DNA of 64,000 bases, from the NCBI GenBank assembly GCA_022482735.1, contig JAKVOO010000001.1, forward strand, positions 1,222,837-1,286,836, written 5' to 3'. The stretch comes from Bacilli bacterium. Lineage in GTDB: Bacteria > Bacillota_I > Bacilli_A > RFN20 > CAG-826. Both the position numbers and the translations under genes were made by a program. Within the stretch, counting starts at the first letter, position 1. Each line of letters begins with the position of its first letter. The notes beneath the pieces are model-generated. The model was given only the letters and a program-made list of their open reading frames with translations, was not told the origin of the DNA and searched no databases. This document shows positions 1-10,286 of this stretch, one piece after another.

Positions 1-963
1 GATATTGCGGTAAACATCAGATCAGCCAATCCCTGGTACTATGGTATGAGTGGCGGTAGTCAAAGCGGGATTTCTAACGTCCATACCACGAATGATTATG
101 CGGAAATTTGTAGTTTATCCTATGGGGAAGAGAGTAAAAGACCTCGCCTGATATTTTCTTATACAGACAGTGAACATTTGGAAAAATCAACGCCTTTTAC
201 CGAAATTGAAAATGGAAGATCAGGTACGGCCAGAATTAATTTATTTTCAAAGGAATACACTTTCACCCATCCGGATTTAACCATTAATTCAGGAAATCTT
301 TCCGTTGGTTTGTTTCATTTTTATAGCTCATTGTTTTCGCGAACCATAAGGGGAACAAATAATTCACTCGGCTGGGGTGTCGGTTGGAAAACCAATCTCC
401 ATCAATGGCTTTATAAGTATAAATATGCCGCTGATGCCGATGAACTTAAGGTCGTTTATACCGATGGATTGGGTAGCGATCATATTTTCCTTGAGCGATG
501 GTATTACGAAAAGAATGGTCAAAAAATCTGCATCAAACGCAGCGAAGTATACATCAATACCCTGGGGGAATTGGCTTATTTAGATCCGACGGGAAAAGAG
601 TATTTAGTAAAATATAAAGTTAAGTCGGACGATGGGCTAACTTTAACAACTTCAGCGGGGATGTTTGGTTATCGCGACAAGACAAAATTTAAAAGTATCA
701 ATAGAAAATATTTTGACGAACACAATAACGAAATTGCGATGCAAGGTGCCGATCTGAAATTAAAGCTGTATAGTACTCCCGGCCCGACATCGACACCCGG
801 TTTTGCTAATGCAGCGGAACTTTCATGGCTCAACGATAACGGGTTAGCCATAACCAGTCAGGATTTTAGGAATGATTTCGCCGATAATCTATGGAAATAC
901 TCTTTCGATATTAGTTCTGCGCTCTATTATCCCCACTTATGTAAACTCGCCACTTTTATATGA
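1..963 (+). CDS. 5'-partial ORF, open from window start in frame 1. Probable N-terminal/upstream part of the RHS/YD-repeat protein. Reading frame breaks near 870-1217.
   Basis: Frame-1 ORF is open from position 1 (ORF track 46..963). Overlapping open frames 872..1162 (frame 2) and ~1053..1217 (frame 3) then return to frame 1 at 1210, suggesting serial +1 shifts of one large gene. Confidence 0.45.
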   Translation, partial: DIAVNIRSANPWYYGMSGGSQSGISNVHTTNDYAEICSLSYGEESKRPRLIFSYTDSEHLEKSTPFTEIENGRSGTARINLFSKEYTFTHPDLTINSGNLSVGLFHFYSSLFSRTIRGTNNSLGWGVGWKTNLHQWLYKYKYAADADELKVVYTDGLGSDHIFLERWYYEKNGQKICIKRSEVYINTLGELAYLDPTGKEYLVKYKVKSDDGLTLTTSAGMFGYRDKTKFKSINRKYFDEHNNEIAMQGADLKLKLYSTPGPTSTPGFANAAELSWLNDNGLAITSQDFRNDFADNLWKYSFDISSALYYPHLCKLATFI

Positions 964-1209
964 CGGAACGGATTATTTTTCTATGTTTGCCAAAGCCAAG
1001 CATGAACTTCAAATTGTAAACCAATATAAAAATTCGTCTGTGAATCTACTAACGGTCAAAGATAAATTGGAAAGCACCAAGATTACAGGTGAAAAAGTCG
1101 GCTGTGTCTTTGATACAACCCTTGACCGACTACTACGAAACGGAGGAGATTTTACAACTTAAGAATCAAGTAGAACAATACGAGAATGCCATAGTCGAGG
1201 CAAAAGAAA

Positions 1210-4200
1210 ATGCCTAAAAATATATCCGGCAGTCTCGAGAGCGCAATCAACGGTTTGGAAGAACTAAAAAAATCCAAGGCGAGAATTCATGTTTCAATTA
1301 ATCAACAAAAAATAAGTTATGATCCAGATAATGTAAATTCAGACGCTTTTAAAATGGCATGTTATTCCCTCCAAGGCAATCTAGACCAAATTGAGTTGCA
1401 AATTAAAAGTGCGGACGGACAAATAGTCTCAACTAAAACCAGTTTGGCACGAGCGCTTAGAACGGTTGATGAATATGAACTAATCAGGGATAATCTTCAA
1501 GCAAAATTAGCGGGGCTTATCAAGAAACAAAAGGAAGCCCCCAATGATTTTATTACTGATGAAGAAGGAAATATTCTTGGCTTTGACTACTATGGGCGGC
1601 TTGTTTTAATCGCGGATAAATACGAAAAAGCGATACGGATTAAATTTAAGGAAGACAAGGATTTGTTTGAAGAGATTCAAACCGAAAATGGAATAATTAA
1701 GTTTAATTATGACAGCAATGAACTATTGAAAGAAATAGTTGATGTGAATGGAAAAACAATTTGCTTTAGTTACACCAACCCAAAGTTTTTATCGACAATC
1801 AAGTATGACGATATAAGCGCGCATAATTCGACTTTTGCCTATCAGAATGATCGGTTAACCAAAGTTACCGATGCGGCGGGTTTCAATCTAACAATCAGTT
1901 CTTCGACCAATAGTTTATTTGTCGTTCAATCTACGACTACGAAAAAAATCAACAACGATGGTTTAGTCGGATTTGCTGAACAGCAAACAAAAAAAATAAT
2001 CGATTTATCATTGGTAAAATCGGGATTGAACACGACATTAACCAACAACATGAATAACGATGTTGCCACCTATTCGTTTGACGAATTAGGTCGGCCGTTA
2101 AATGTTATCAGTTCACGCGGTGCGGATAGTGAATATAACTATGCAAAATATAATGATCATGGTGATGTTCTCATTGAATCAACTTTTTCTAGTCGGCACA
2201 TTCTTCGAAAGTTTATCGAAAACGGAACATCGACTGGTCTTAGCCGAACCGTTTTGTTCAGCGATACGGACGATGTAAGTGATAATATTTGGCGGGGTAA
2301 TCTCTTAAATACCGATACTTTAGTTTATTATTTTGAGTTTCAAAGTGATAGTGGCCAAGCAAGTTTTATGGCTACGATTACGATTACAAATAGAGATGGC
2401 AGCAGTAATATAAAGCAAATATCAATTACCAACCAAACCAAGGTCTTGTTGCTACCGATAATTTGCAACAAAGACAACATTATTCAAGCTAAAATCGAGA
2501 CCACATCGGTATCGCAAGTGAAAAGTTTTGGTATTGCCACCGGGGATGGAATATTTAGCGCATATGATGATGATAATTTAATTGAAGAGCGACAGGGACT
2601 TAACACAACCTTGTATTTAGACTTCAACCATAAAAAGCCGACCAAAATAAAAACGATCGATCGATATAATAATACTAAGGTTAGCGTTTTATCATATAAT
2701 GACAAAGGTCAATTAACCTATAACGAAGATCAAGATGGCAACATCGAGGAAAGATTTTATAACCCCGAGGGCGAACTATTAGAAAGCGTAGCTTATAACA
2801 AAAAATCGGCGACCGATAAAACCATCAATAAATACGAGTATGACGAAGATGGCAATGTGACCGAACTAAACGGATTGCTTCCAAATAAAGAAGGAAAGAT
2901 TAATCCGACAAAAAACCAGTACTATCCCGGAACAAAAAAAGTCAATTATCAAACGGCACCGAATGGTTTAGTCACGAGTTATGGTTTCGATTTTTATAAT
3001 GGTAGTTTACTTTCGAAAAGTGCTGAAGTAGATGGTATAGCCAACACCACCAACTATCACTATCAATTTGGTTTTTTGACGAGTGTTTCCCATCAGGAAT
3101 TTGATATTCACTATGAATTTGATGGGCAAGGTCGCAAGACAAGCGTCGATGTTGCATGCAATAATATTGTCAAGTTTGAATATGACGACAATTTTATTGT
3201 GGATGGTTACTTAGGAAGTAAAATTATTACAAAGTATTTTAATCACGGAATGCTTGACAACGCCGTTACGGTCATAAGCGATATTTACGGTAAAACAAAA
3301 AGCGTCGCCGACACCGCAGGAACAAGCATTGCATACAACTACGATAGTTTTGATCGTTTGACGTCAACTATAAGTAACAATGAGTCAACGCATTTTGAAT
3401 ACGACAAGCGGGGAAATATCAAATATAGCGATATCGTTTATAATGATTTCGGCAAGGTGGATTTTAATTACACCTACACGATAAAAGATCAGGTTGAAGA
3501 GAGTATAACGACGATTAGCGATACCGCAGAGCTTTATAAGTATAAAACCAAATTTATATATGATCCCTTGGATCGCCTGATACAAGTACATAATTATTTT
3601 AATGTTAATAACCTAAAAAGTGATGATAAGTTAACTGATGAATACGACTTTTCCAATCGATTAATTAAGGAGCGGATTCACATTAAGGATGATGATGAAC
3701 CAAGCGAAAAGCATCAATTGCTGGCTAATGAATATTTATATCTAAAAAGTGAAAATCAAGCGACTAATTTGATTAAAAAGAACGTGACAACCCTACTTGA
3801 CGATACTCAAGATGTCACAACCTATAACTATGATGAGATGGGAAATATTACCCGTATCAAAAACAGCGATAATGATATTACTTACGAATACGATAAGCTT
3901 AGTCGCCTCACACGGGAGAATAATCGCAAATTAGAATATAGCCAAATATTTGAGTATGATGAAAGTGGCAACATTTTACGGAGCGAAAAGTATGCATATA
4001 CGAAAGGCGAACTCACCATCTTCATTAGTGGCAGCACATATTCGTACAATCAAAGCAACTATCAGGATCAGCTTGTTGACTTCAATGGAGAAGAGATTAT
4101 TTATGACGGACTAGGTAGACCGACCACATATCGAAACAAGACCTTAGTATGGTCCCCGCGGAGCACACTACTTAATTACGATGGTTATCAATATCAATAT

Positions 4201-5352
4201 AATGAGCAAGGAATACGTATTAGGAAAGTAGTCGGAGATACAACCCATAAGTATTATGTTTTGGGAACCAAAATATATACCGAAGAACTAATTCGTGATG
4301 GTATTAGTAAACTCATTAAGTATCGGTATTTTGGTGATAAACTGTATGGCTTCAATTATAATGATATTGATTATTACTATATCAGAAACACCCAGGGTGA
4401 TATCACATCGATTATTACTAAAGGCGGCACAGAGGTTGCAAGGTATACATATGATGCTTGGGGTAACCATGTAGTCAGTAATTTAACCGGTGACAATATC
4501 GGAGATATCAATCCATTTAGATATCGTGGATATTACTTTGATCAAGAGACTGGACTATACTATCTAAATGCAAGATATTATGATCCCGAAACAGGAAGAT
4601 TTATCAGTCAAGATAACATCAGTTATTTAGAACCGGAAATGATTAATGGTTTGAACTTGTATGCTTATTGTGGAAATAATCCTGTTATGAATGTTGATCG
4701 AAATGGTACCTCTTGGTGGAAAGATTTTTGGGGTGGTGTAAAAGACTTTTTTGATAATCCAATTACACAAGCTGTAATAGGAGGTTTAATAATTGTTGGA
4801 CTAGGAATAGCAACAATTCTTACTTTAGGTGCTACGGCTCCTATAACTGGACTTGCTGCTTCAATGGTTGTGGGTGCTTTCTGGGGTGCAGTTGCGAGTG
4901 CAACGTTTGGCGCTATATCTGGCGGAATTCAGTTTTCTGACGGAAAAATTGGATGGTCGTGGTCTGGTGCAGCAAATGGGTTCATGTGGGGCGCGATTAC
5001 TGGAGGTATAGCCGGTGCTGCTGGAGCATGGTTAGGAAATATTTCTTTTATGAAAGCAGCGGTAGAGAATGGTTCTAAATTTGCAAGAGCAATAAATTTT
5101 GGTTTTCAAGTAACTAGTAATTCAGCATTATCTGCTTCAGTTACCACAATTCAAGGATTGATAACAAATAATTTTTCTTGGACAGATGTGGCTTTTTCTG
5201 CGGCTTTTGGTGCACTGGGGGGCGCGCTTGGGAATTGGTTGTCAGGAACAAAATGGGAGAAAGGTATAAGAGGATTTATGATTGGTTTTGGCTTAACTGG
5301 TTTAGAATCAGTCACAGCATTCTTGTACTATTTGTATGGAGATAAAGAATGA
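1210..5352 (+). CDS. RHS/YD-repeat polymorphic toxin (WapA-like) with a C-terminal glycine-zipper hydrophobic toxin tip
   Basis: 1380-aa ORF with many YD repeats (YEYDxxGN, RYTYDAWGN). Conserved RHS core end YYLNARYYDPETGRFISQDNISYLEPEMINGLNLYAYCGNNPVMNVDRNGTSWW. This is followed by a ~210-aa Gly/Ala-rich hydrophobic tail with GxxxG/AxxxA repeats. Confidence 0.85.
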   Translation: MPKNISGSLESAINGLEELKKSKARIHVSINQQKISYDPDNVNSDAFKMACYSLQGNLDQIELQIKSADGQIVSTKTSLARALRTVDEYELIRDNLQAKLAGLIKKQKEAPNDFITDEEGNILGFDYYGRLVLIADKYEKAIRIKFKEDKDLFEEIQTENGIIKFNYDSNELLKEIVDVNGKTICFSYTNPKFLSTIKYDDISAHNSTFAYQNDRLTKVTDAAGFNLTISSSTNSLFVVQSTTTKKINNDGLVGFAEQQTKKIIDLSLVKSGLNTTLTNNMNNDVATYSFDELGRPLNVISSRGADSEYNYAKYNDHGDVLIESTFSSRHILRKFIENGTSTGLSRTVLFSDTDDVSDNIWRGNLLNTDTLVYYFEFQSDSGQASFMATITITNRDGSSNIKQISITNQTKVLLLPIICNKDNIIQAKIETTSVSQVKSFGIATGDGIFSAYDDDNLIEERQGLNTTLYLDFNHKKPTKIKTIDRYNNTKVSVLSYNDKGQLTYNEDQDGNIEERFYNPEGELLESVAYNKKSATDKTINKYEYDEDGNVTELNGLLPNKEGKINPTKNQYYPGTKKVNYQTAPNGLVTSYGFDFYNGSLLSKSAEVDGIANTTNYHYQFGFLTSVSHQEFDIHYEFDGQGRKTSVDVACNNIVKFEYDDNFIVDGYLGSKIITKYFNHGMLDNAVTVISDIYGKTKSVADTAGTSIAYNYDSFDRLTSTISNNESTHFEYDKRGNIKYSDIVYNDFGKVDFNYTYTIKDQVEESITTISDTAELYKYKTKFIYDPLDRLIQVHNYFNVNNLKSDDKLTDEYDFSNRLIKERIHIKDDDEPSEKHQLLANEYLYLKSENQATNLIKKNVTTLLDDTQDVTTYNYDEMGNITRIKNSDNDITYEYDKLSRLTRENNRKLEYSQIFEYDESGNILRSEKYAYTKGELTIFISGSTYSYNQSNYQDQLVDFNGEEIIYDGLGRPTTYRNKTLVWSPRSTLLNYDGYQYQYNEQGIRIRKVVGDTTHKYYVLGTKIYTEELIRDGISKLIKYRYFGDKLYGFNYNDIDYYYIRNTQGDITSIITKGGTEVARYTYDAWGNHVVSNLTGDNIGDINPFRYRGYYFDQETGLYYLNARYYDPETGRFISQDNISYLEPEMINGLNLYAYCGNNPVMNVDRNGTSWWKDFWGGVKDFFDNPITQAVIGGLIIVGLGIATILTLGATAPITGLAASMVVGAFWGAVASATFGAISGGIQFSDGKIGWSWSGAANGFMWGAITGGIAGAAGAWLGNISFMKAAVENGSKFARAINFGFQVTSNSALSASVTTIQGLITNNFSWTDVAFSAAFGALGGALGNWLSGTKWEKGIRGFMIGFGLTGLESVTAFLYYLYGDKE

Positions 5353-5996
5353 AATATTTAATTGGATTTCTATTTATATTATTTTTAGTCTTGTTTTTCA
5401 CTGTTCCTCTTGCTTTTGGCATATATGAAAGTGATAGAATGCACAAAAAATGGAACAAAAATAATAAGATTATTTATTTAGGAAAGATGAACTTCATGTT
5501 TTTAAACTATCCAAAAACAAGCAAAGAAATGAGCAAGTTTGCTTTTACTTGCAATGTATCACTTTATTCATATGTTTTTGTAACTATTATTATTGCTGGA
5601 GTGTTTGCTTTCATAATTCCAAACTTGAATATATTATTGTATTGCACATATTCGATTATAATTTTGCCTATTGGAATTTTCTTGATATCTATGATTGAAG
5701 GAACGAGGTTTTATAAGGAAAAACATCTTGAGAAAAAAAATAAACTTGAAATGTCGGGCATTGTCTCTATTGTGAAAAGAGCAGTCAGAAGCGTGCTTCA
5801 AACGTATGTCGATTCGCTCAAAAAAGAAGGCAAGTTTGACAAAGAAGCGCAAGCTAGAGCTTTGGAACTTGCCCGCACACGGATATTGGCTGAATTAAAT
5901 GTGGAAGCAAGAGAATTCATAACTGCAAATTATGGTGATCTGAACGCTTTTATAACAAACCAAATAGAAGCTACTATTAACTTGTTAAAAAAATAA
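5349..5996 (+). CDS. Putative immunity protein (N-terminal multi-TM, C-terminal charged/coiled region)
   Basis: Start overlaps the rhs stop (ATGA). Hydrophobic N-terminal helices. Position immediately 3' of the toxin tip. Confidence 0.45.
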   Translation: MKYLIGFLFILFLVLFFTVPLAFGIYESDRMHKKWNKNNKIIYLGKMNFMFLNYPKTSKEMSKFAFTCNVSLYSYVFVTIIIAGVFAFIIPNLNILLYCTYSIIILPIGIFLISMIEGTRFYKEKHLEKKNKLEMSGIVSIVKRAVRSVLQTYVDSLKKEGKFDKEAQARALELARTRILAELNVEAREFITANYGDLNAFITNQIEATINLLKK

Positions 5997-6613
5997 CTTA
6001 GGAGTATTTATTGGGGCATAAAAATCCGATTGTACTATCGTCATCAAAGAGTGATTGTTTTAGGTTACATATAGTAATAATGCGGTTGGAAATTTGGCAT
6101 ATGATTGTAATGAATGATTTGGAAAATGAAAAACACACGATTTAACACTAATTACATGAAGCAAGCATAAATCTATAAAACACTATTTAAGTAGAAAAAC
6201 CATAATACGAGTACGTATGGTTAAAAAAGTGTTTACTATTGGATTATCAGTATTATTAGTGATTTGCGTGATTTCCACATTAACACACGTTATTCTAGAC
6301 ATCGGACTATCTTTCTATATATTCAATGGTGAGTTTTTGGTTAAGATATCGAATGTGTTTTTCCGTATTATGTGGCTATCCCTAGTTCTTTTATATTTAT
6401 GAATTCAAATATAAAGACAAAATTATTTTTATAGGAATGATTGAAAAGGGGAGACTTAATAAAAGGAAAGTATGGCATTTTGTTGTCAACAATCTAAACA
6501 ATAATGACAAAGTAATATACTCAGAATATGGTACGGCAGAGTTACTTTTAGAAAATGCATGTATTGAAGGTAAAAAGATAAGAGAATTATGGGAAGATTT
6601 AATTATAGAATAA

Positions 6614-7894
6614 GTTTTTGATGGATTAGGTAGACCAACAACATATAGAGATAAAACACTTGCATGGTCACCTAATAGTACCTTGTCTGCATATGAAAGT
6701 TTTAATTATACTTACAATAATCAAGGCATTAGAATTGAAAAAGTAGTTAGTCATGCAACGCATAAATATTTCGTTAATGGAACGAAGACATTATTAGAAG
6801 AATTAAAAACCAACAATGTTAAGAAATATTTTAAGTACAAGTATTTTGGTGATAAGCTGTATGGCTTCAATTATAATGATATTGATTATTACTATATCAG
6901 AAACATCCAGGGTGACATCACATCGATTATTACTAAGGATGGCACAGAGGTTGCAAGGTATACATATGATGCCTGGGGTAATCATGTAGTAAATAATTTA
7001 ACTGAAGACAATATCGGTGATATCAATCCATTTAGATATCGGGGATATTACTATGACAAGGAAACCCAGTTATATTACCTCAATGCTAGATATTATGATC
7101 CGGAAGTCGGAAGATTCATCAGTCAAGACAATATTAGTTACCTTGCACCAGAAACAATAAATGGACTAAATCTTTATGCTTATTGTGGGAATAATCCGGT
7201 GATGTACCTTGACAGAGCCGGACATAGCTGGGAAAGTTTCTGGAGTAGTGTTGGAAATTTTTTTGCTAATGTTGGTAAAGTTATAGGCGGAGGATTACTA
7301 GCAATAGCCGGAGCTGCATTTACTATAATAACCCTTCCGATTGCTTTGATAATTCCTGGTGGAGGATTTCTAACTCAAATAGGATTTTCGACAGCAATGT
7401 ATGGAGGATTTGTAGCTGCATCTGTATTCGATAGTCAAGTTAAGTCAGACATGCAAGCGATAGGATGGAATCCTTTTAATTCTAGTGAGAGTGCCGTGCT
7501 TAATTCCAATAGTGTGTCTTTTTATAAGGGTGTTCCAGTTTTTAGAACGGCTCCTGGTAGCAGGTCCGGATCTTTTTTAGGAATTTTCTTAGATAGTAAT
7601 GAAAAAGATGACGCATATGGAAGAGACACCGTTCGACACGAATGGGGACACAATATACAGCAAGGTATAATGGGACCAGCTAGATTTGCTCTCATGATAG
7701 GACTTCCTTCTTGGCAGGAATGGAGTAACAGAAGTTATTACACAAGACCGTGGGAAATAATGGCTGATATTTTCGGGAACGTCCATGAAACAAGGAATCA
7801 TAATAAATCGGATGTTTCAAGAGGAATTTGGTATACGATAATATCCACGATGTTTGGTCCGTTTGGCTATTTTTTTCTAATCGGTGAGTACTAA
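6614..7894 (+). CDS. Orphan rhs C-terminal tip module 1 (no own 5' start before Met 6683). Alternative toxin tip with an HEWGH (HExxH) motif.
   Basis: Translation from 6614 (FDGLGRPTTYRDKTLAWSP...QGIRIEKVV...RYTYDAWGNHVV...LNLYAYCGNNPVMYLDRAGHSW) is collinear with the last ~180 aa of the main RHS core. The tip then diverges (Gly-zipper segment followed by RHEWGHNIQQ). Confidence 0.6.
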   Translation, partial: VFDGLGRPTTYRDKTLAWSPNSTLSAYESFNYTYNNQGIRIEKVVSHATHKYFVNGTKTLLEELKTNNVKKYFKYKYFGDKLYGFNYNDIDYYYIRNIQGDITSIITKDGTEVARYTYDAWGNHVVNNLTEDNIGDINPFRYRGYYYDKETQLYYLNARYYDPEVGRFISQDNISYLAPETINGLNLYAYCGNNPVMYLDRAGHSWESFWSSVGNFFANVGKVIGGGLLAIAGAAFTIITLPIALIIPGGGFLTQIGFSTAMYGGFVAASVFDSQVKSDMQAIGWNPFNSSESAVLNSNSVSFYKGVPVFRTAPGSRSGSFLGIFLDSNEKDDAYGRDTVRHEWGHNIQQGIMGPARFALMIGLPSWQEWSNRSYYTRPWEIMADIFGNVHETRNHNKSDVSRGIWYTIISTMFGPFGYFFLIGEY

Positions 7895-7916
7895 TTTATA
7901 TTGGAGGTGAAATCAA

Positions 7917-8429
7917 TTGAAAAAATCAAAAAACATAACTATTTATATTTATTTTGTTATCTCAAGTCTTTTCTTGACGGGATGCAGCGATTTATATAAA
8001 GGGTATACAGGAGAGCATCCTGACCTATATTCTGTGGCAATCAACAGCAAAGAGGATTTTTTAGGTTACATTAGATCGGAAGTGCGGCATCAACCCGTCG
8101 TCGAATCGCTTGAAGAAGATCACTACGGAAGGCAGCTTTTTGTCTATTCCGAAGGTCAAGGCACCTCCGGCGATGTTTATTTGATTATTTCGCAATATGC
8201 GACGGATGAAAATGCTTATTTCTATTATGGAATCAATTACATTTCGGAAGAGATTATAGAAGGAAACTATATTCATCTTTATGGTTCAAAAAAACCGGCG
8301 ACTATCGATAATCCTTATAATGAATTCGCCATAGATGAGATCAATGAGCTTAAGCAGTCAAATGACTGGGGCGAGGAAATTGATATTTCCAAATGTACAC
8401 AAGTGGAGATTGTCAATGAAAAAAACTAG
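7917..8429 (+). CDS. Lipoprotein, putative cognate immunity protein
   Basis: Signal peptide plus lipobox LFLTGCSD. Immediately 3' of orphan tip 1, after an AGGAGG-like RBS. Confidence 0.4.
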   Translation: MKKSKNITIYIYFVISSLFLTGCSDLYKGYTGEHPDLYSVAINSKEDFLGYIRSEVRHQPVVESLEEDHYGRQLFVYSEGQGTSGDVYLIISQYATDENAYFYYGINYISEEIIEGNYIHLYGSKKPATIDNPYNEFAIDEINELKQSNDWGEEIDISKCTQVEIVNEKN

Positions 8430-8638
8430 TAACATCATAGATTTTCTAAATAAGACTAACTTGTTATGCTAGTTCGTTTCTTTTAATCCATTTACAAATA
8501 ATTCTTGACGCCACCTAATTTCATAAACTTTTATTTTAAGAAGAAAGTATGCTATTAAAGGATAGCTTAAGTCATCAATTAAAAATAAAACATACTCATA
8601 CGGAAAATTAATTATCAGTATTAATATCGACATAATGA

Positions 8639-9559
8639 GCAAGGTATACATATGATGCTTGGGGTAACCATGTAGTCAGTAATTTAACCGGCGACAATAT
8701 CGGGGATATCAATCCATTTAGATATCGGGGATATTACTATGACAAGGAAACCCAGTTATATTACCTCAATGCTAGATATTATGATCCGGAAGTCGGAAGA
8801 TTCATCAGTCAAGACAATATTAGTTATCTAGAACCGGAGACAATTAATGGATTAAACCTTTATGCTTATTGTGGCAATAATCCAGTAATGATGACAGATA
8901 GTACCGGATGCACGCCTTGGTATGATATTTTAGGTTGGATAGGTCTTGGTCTTGTTGCAGCAGCAGCTATTGTTCTTACAGCGGGTATGGCGGGTGCCGT
9001 TATCGGCGGAATTGCAGGCGGAATAATTTACGGAGCCGCGATAGGAACTCTTGCAGGAGCCGCAATAGGAGCAGTCGGCGGTGCCGTAGTCGGAATGATT
9101 TATGACGGCGTTAATGGAAATGCGTTTGGCACGAGTATTTGGAGCGGTGTAAAAGCAGGATTTGGAATCGGGGCAATCGCAGGGGCAATAATTAGTGGTG
9201 CGATTGGTGGTGCGGCGGCTTCCTCGGTTACGGGAATGACTAATACATCGTTTTGGACTGGATTAGGTTCGAATGGATCAAGCATTGCTGCCAATGCTGC
9301 TGGACAGCAAGGGCTTACAACAATAGGGCAAACATTTGGTGGAAAAGTTGTAGCGGGGGTATCAAAATTTGTACCCAAAGCTGTTTCAAGGGTTCTATGG
9401 GCTTCATTGTCCAAAACTATGGCCTCTACTGTAGCCATGTCGAGCGTTTCAGTCTTTTATGGAGGCACAGTTTTTGCAGGTTCAGTGTTTGCTATGTATG
9501 AATTACCTTACTTGGCAGCAAGGGGCATCGAAATACTTTATCATCTTCTTGGAGGTTAA
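8639..9559 (+). CDS. Orphan rhs C-terminal tip module 2 (5'-truncated; first in-frame ATG at 8888). Glycine-zipper toxin tip.
   Basis: In-frame translation from 8639 (ARYTYDAWGNHVVSNLTGDNIGDINPFRYRGYYYDKETQLYYLNARYYDPEVGRFISQDNISYLEPETINGLNLYAYCGNNPVM) matches the RHS core end, followed by a Gly/Ala-rich hydrophobic tip. A TGA lies immediately upstream. Confidence 0.55.
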   Translation, partial: ARYTYDAWGNHVVSNLTGDNIGDINPFRYRGYYYDKETQLYYLNARYYDPEVGRFISQDNISYLEPETINGLNLYAYCGNNPVMMTDSTGCTPWYDILGWIGLGLVAAAAIVLTAGMAGAVIGGIAGGIIYGAAIGTLAGAAIGAVGGAVVGMIYDGVNGNAFGTSIWSGVKAGFGIGAIAGAIISGAIGGAAASSVTGMTNTSFWTGLGSNGSSIAANAAGQQGLTTIGQTFGGKVVAGVSKFVPKAVSRVLWASLSKTMASTVAMSSVSVFYGGTVFAGSVFAMYELPYLAARGIEILYHLLGG

Positions 9560-9560
9560 C

Positions 9561-10046
9561 ATGAAACAAATTGAGGGTTTTATATCTGATCAAATAAATA
9601 ATGATGAGATTGGTGAGTATGTCGTATATCGTACTTATAGAAAAATGATGACTAAATACTCACACTATGATGAGCTTGATCCAAAAACTTACAAGGAGCC
9701 ACAATTATATATCAAAGAGGTGCCTTCTTTTGATGAAACTTATGAAATGTTTATGTCGTATAATAGTTTAAATTTGACAAAAAATAGAGCTCAAGATATT
9801 TGTTTATCATTATTTTATAATCCATATTTTGAGGAGATATACGATAAAATAAGAAAGAACTATAAGAATATTCCAAAGAATAAGTTAAGATATTTAGCAA
9901 AAAATTTGTTTGAATGTTTGGCGGATCCAGTTCAATATCGAATAATTGTCGAAATCAATATATTTGATAAACCCACTAAGAACTATTACATTGAAAAGGA
10001 TATTTTCAACAAAAGCAATGAATTGCTAAAGCTAATTAATACTTAA
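9561..10046 (+). CDS. Putative immunity protein (soluble, ~161 aa)
   Basis: GGAGG RBS then ATG at 9561 directly after the tip-2 stop. The longer ORF call 9459.. overlaps the toxin tail and looks like read-through of the frame. Confidence 0.4.
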   Translation: MKQIEGFISDQINNDEIGEYVVYRTYRKMMTKYSHYDELDPKTYKEPQLYIKEVPSFDETYEMFMSYNSLNLTKNRAQDICLSLFYNPYFEEIYDKIRKNYKNIPKNKLRYLAKNLFECLADPVQYRIIVEINIFDKPTKNYYIEKDIFNKSNELLKLINT

Positions 10047-10096
10047 AAACAGACAATTAAATTAAAACCACAGCAAACAAACAACTTGTTAAAAAA

Positions 10097-10130
10097 CGCG
10101 GTAGTCAGGAAACTGGCTACCGTTTTTTGT
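10097..10130 (+). terminator. Rho-independent terminator
   Basis: cggtagtcag..ctggctaccg stem followed by TTTTTT. Confidence 0.55.
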
Positions 10131-10286
10131 TTAGATAAAACCTGAAACAGATATATTGTCAAAATTTTTAATAGAAACATTAAATATCTCTTAAGGCGTT
10201 CACAAACATTTGAAATGTAATCTATTCTATTTAATTTATTTTTTACATTAAATTTGCTATAAGTACGGATAACTTTGAGGGGATTT

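Noticed and set aside
872-1162. Stand-alone 96-aa ORF MISPIIYGNTLS...
   Set aside because: It overlaps both neighbouring frames in a region where the frame cycles 1-2-3-1. It is more likely a frameshifted segment of the large RHS-associated ORF than a real gene.
8061-8276. 71-aa minus-strand ORF inside the lipoprotein immunity gene
   Set aside because: It is embedded antisense and has no signals.
9100-9438. Pro/Ala-rich 112-aa ORF antisense to the glycine-zipper tip
   Set aside because: It is the mirror-image translation of a GC-rich Gly/Ala-coding stretch, not an independent gene.
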